A stretch of 62,794 nt of DNA, the filler included, from Basidiobolus ranarum (taxonomy: Eukaryota), in assembly GCA_040143965.1 (NCBI GenBank). It is 35 parts of 35 records of this genome, joined end to end, with 100 filler letters (N's around TTAATTAATTAA, not from the genome) between each part and the next. Parts side by side here need not be neighbours in the genome. Positions count along the whole stretch, not along the records: positions 61,106 to 62,794 come from JASJQH010011426.1; 34 more parts are not named here. The stretch is one strand, 5' to 3'. The notes under the pieces were generated by a model. The model searched no databases and was not told the origin of the DNA. It worked only from the letters and a program-made list of their open reading frames with translations. Of this stretch, positions 61,108-62,794 are shown piece by piece (position 1 is the first letter of the stretch; each line of letters begins with the position of its first letter). The position numbers were made by a program, and so were the translations under genes.

Positions 61108-61470
61108 GCCAACCGAGATATAAAGGCAATGTTTCCACGACCATCTAGGATTGACCTATTTCCTAGTATTGCCTTCCATAAAATTTCACCAAGTCATCAA
61201 CCAAAGACACCCCAATCTCCTGTTGAATGCCACTTTCACTATCCTCGGTCACTTTCGCCAGAAGCCACGAAGAATCGAGAAGAGAGTGTAGAAGGAAATT
61301 CATTAAAATTACCACCGCTTCATACTCTACCATTTCTGACTCAGAGTACTTCGCCATATGGGAATTATGAAAAAGAACTTGGAATGGTCTATTTACCCTC
61401 ATTTGTTACCGACTCTCAAATCGATCCATTACATAAAAGATTAATACGTCCTAGTGATTATTTCTCATAA
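61108..61470 (+). CDS. Probable C-terminal tail of a host protein (Pro/Ser-rich, transcription-factor-like)
   Basis: Frame open from the contig start to TAA 61470; LKLPPL and YLPSF motifs are common in fungal regulator tails; CpG retained. Confidence 0.45.
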   Translation, partial: ANRDIKAMFPRPSRIDLFPSIAFHKISPSHQPKTPQSPVECHFHYPRSLSPEATKNREESVEGNSLKLPPLHTLPFLTQSTSPYGNYEKELGMVYLPSFVTDSQIDPLHKRLIRPSDYFS

Positions 61471-62794
61471 GCATTCTTATAGCAAATGGCATCGATGTAC
61501 AGTGCTTCTTAATCCATTCCTTCCAATATGTAAATATACTTATTTTTATAAGATCCAGTATTAAAACCGTTCTACATAGCTGTTACAATGATATTGATTA
61601 CTATTGTTGACTTTCAACTGAGTTTCTGTGGACACTGCTGATTTTGTAAAACAATCTCATCATCGATGATTTTAGTCAAGCCGTTAAGCAAGATCAATCA
61701 TTGGATGGAGTAAAGTGAGGAAATTTCACGTATGAGGTGTACTCTCTTGCAATTTCGTGTGATTTGCTAATAGAGCGCGAACACCGTTATGGTAATCACA
61801 CACAAGCTATAAACAATCCTTTTACTTTATAGCCACGCATTTTTGTTATACAATTCAAAATGTATTTCTGCCAAGTGTTGATTGATATGATCATGACCAT
61901 CTTATGAAAGTGATATATTTACCTAATTCAAAGAACTTGCCGTTGGTTCTAATCATTCTTCTGATATACTCGATTTCAGCTAGAATTGGTCGTTGAGGTG
62001 GTGCTTATTAAGTCTGTGATTGGGAAGGAGGGAGTCGGAAGCATGGTAACTGTAAGTATCAGTCCCTTGGAAACTTTATTCTAGATAATAAAGACCCTTC
62101 TCCTTTTTTATTCAATACAATTCCATTTAAATCAATCTAAAGATTGTACATACTTGCAGGTACGCATTCAGTTAGCAATTACTCAATCCGTAGTATAACA
62201 AAATCGGATAAAGTTTAGTGGAGGCAATATTATGTCTCTATATAGCGACTCAGCCCATCTAGATACCCTCATAACTGCTCGCAAACCAATCTTGCGTAAC
62301 GAGGAATGGAAGAGTTATTGGTGATTTTTGGCGATCTACAATCTTAGTTGGTAGCTTCGTTTTTCATCCTCTTTTTGATAAATATTTGTTACACTCCTCT
62401 GTACCACACCGATTAAAGTCATGTGAATCCACTGGATCTTTCGCGCGAATACCATATTGGGGATATAGATTCTTCGAATAATAAGTCACTCAACATTGCT
62501 CGCAAAATGAAAGTGAAAATATCAGTATTGATCCAACTAGTAACTGTAACGAGTTCACTACTGATCTATCTAGTATCTATAACCAGTTGTTGAACATCAA
62601 TCAATATCCGATATATCTATCTACGTCATATATCTAAATCATTTAGTACTTGAACACACTGCCATAGTACTACTACCTACTCCCAAGCTAGATCTAATGA
62701 GCTTCATCGCATAGATTCGGTTCGTGTCAATTTTGCGAACTTGCATTACCTGATGATTAATATTAGTGTTTGCCAAATGCTTTCTACCTCAAAG

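Overview
This window is not contiguous DNA. It is 35 short contigs (about 1706 falling to 1689 bp, sorted by length) joined by 34 identical artificial 100-nt linkers (N44-TTAATTAATTAA-N44), so adjacency across a linker means nothing biologically. The source is a eukaryote, almost certainly a fungus: short GT-AG introns and fungal-type RPS22, ADH, UapA-like permease and CE4 deacetylase. An early-diverging lineage such as Basidiobolus is a guess only. About two thirds of the contigs are nested, CpG-depleted transposon debris: at least four Ty1/Copia families, three Ty3/Gypsy types, a Helitron-like end with a 125-bp tandem array, a MITE, and one abundant CACTA/EnSpm (Transposase_21) family. That family can be reconstructed with CCCTAACA/CCGTAACA termini and two divergent ORFs. 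The other contigs hold host genes: TMEM70-like, the RPS22 3' end, a chitin/polysaccharide deacetylase, tandem NCS2 permeases, tandem ADHs, two long repeat proteins and a small secreted knottin. The most unusual items are (1) an antisense tRNA-like cloverleaf between the PBS and gag of a Copia element, (2) a toxin-like inhibitor-cystine-knot peptide gene, (3) the bidirectional CACTA family with an orphan second ORF, and (4) an Arg/Tyr/acidic 31-aa repeat protein in a frame the ORF track missed.
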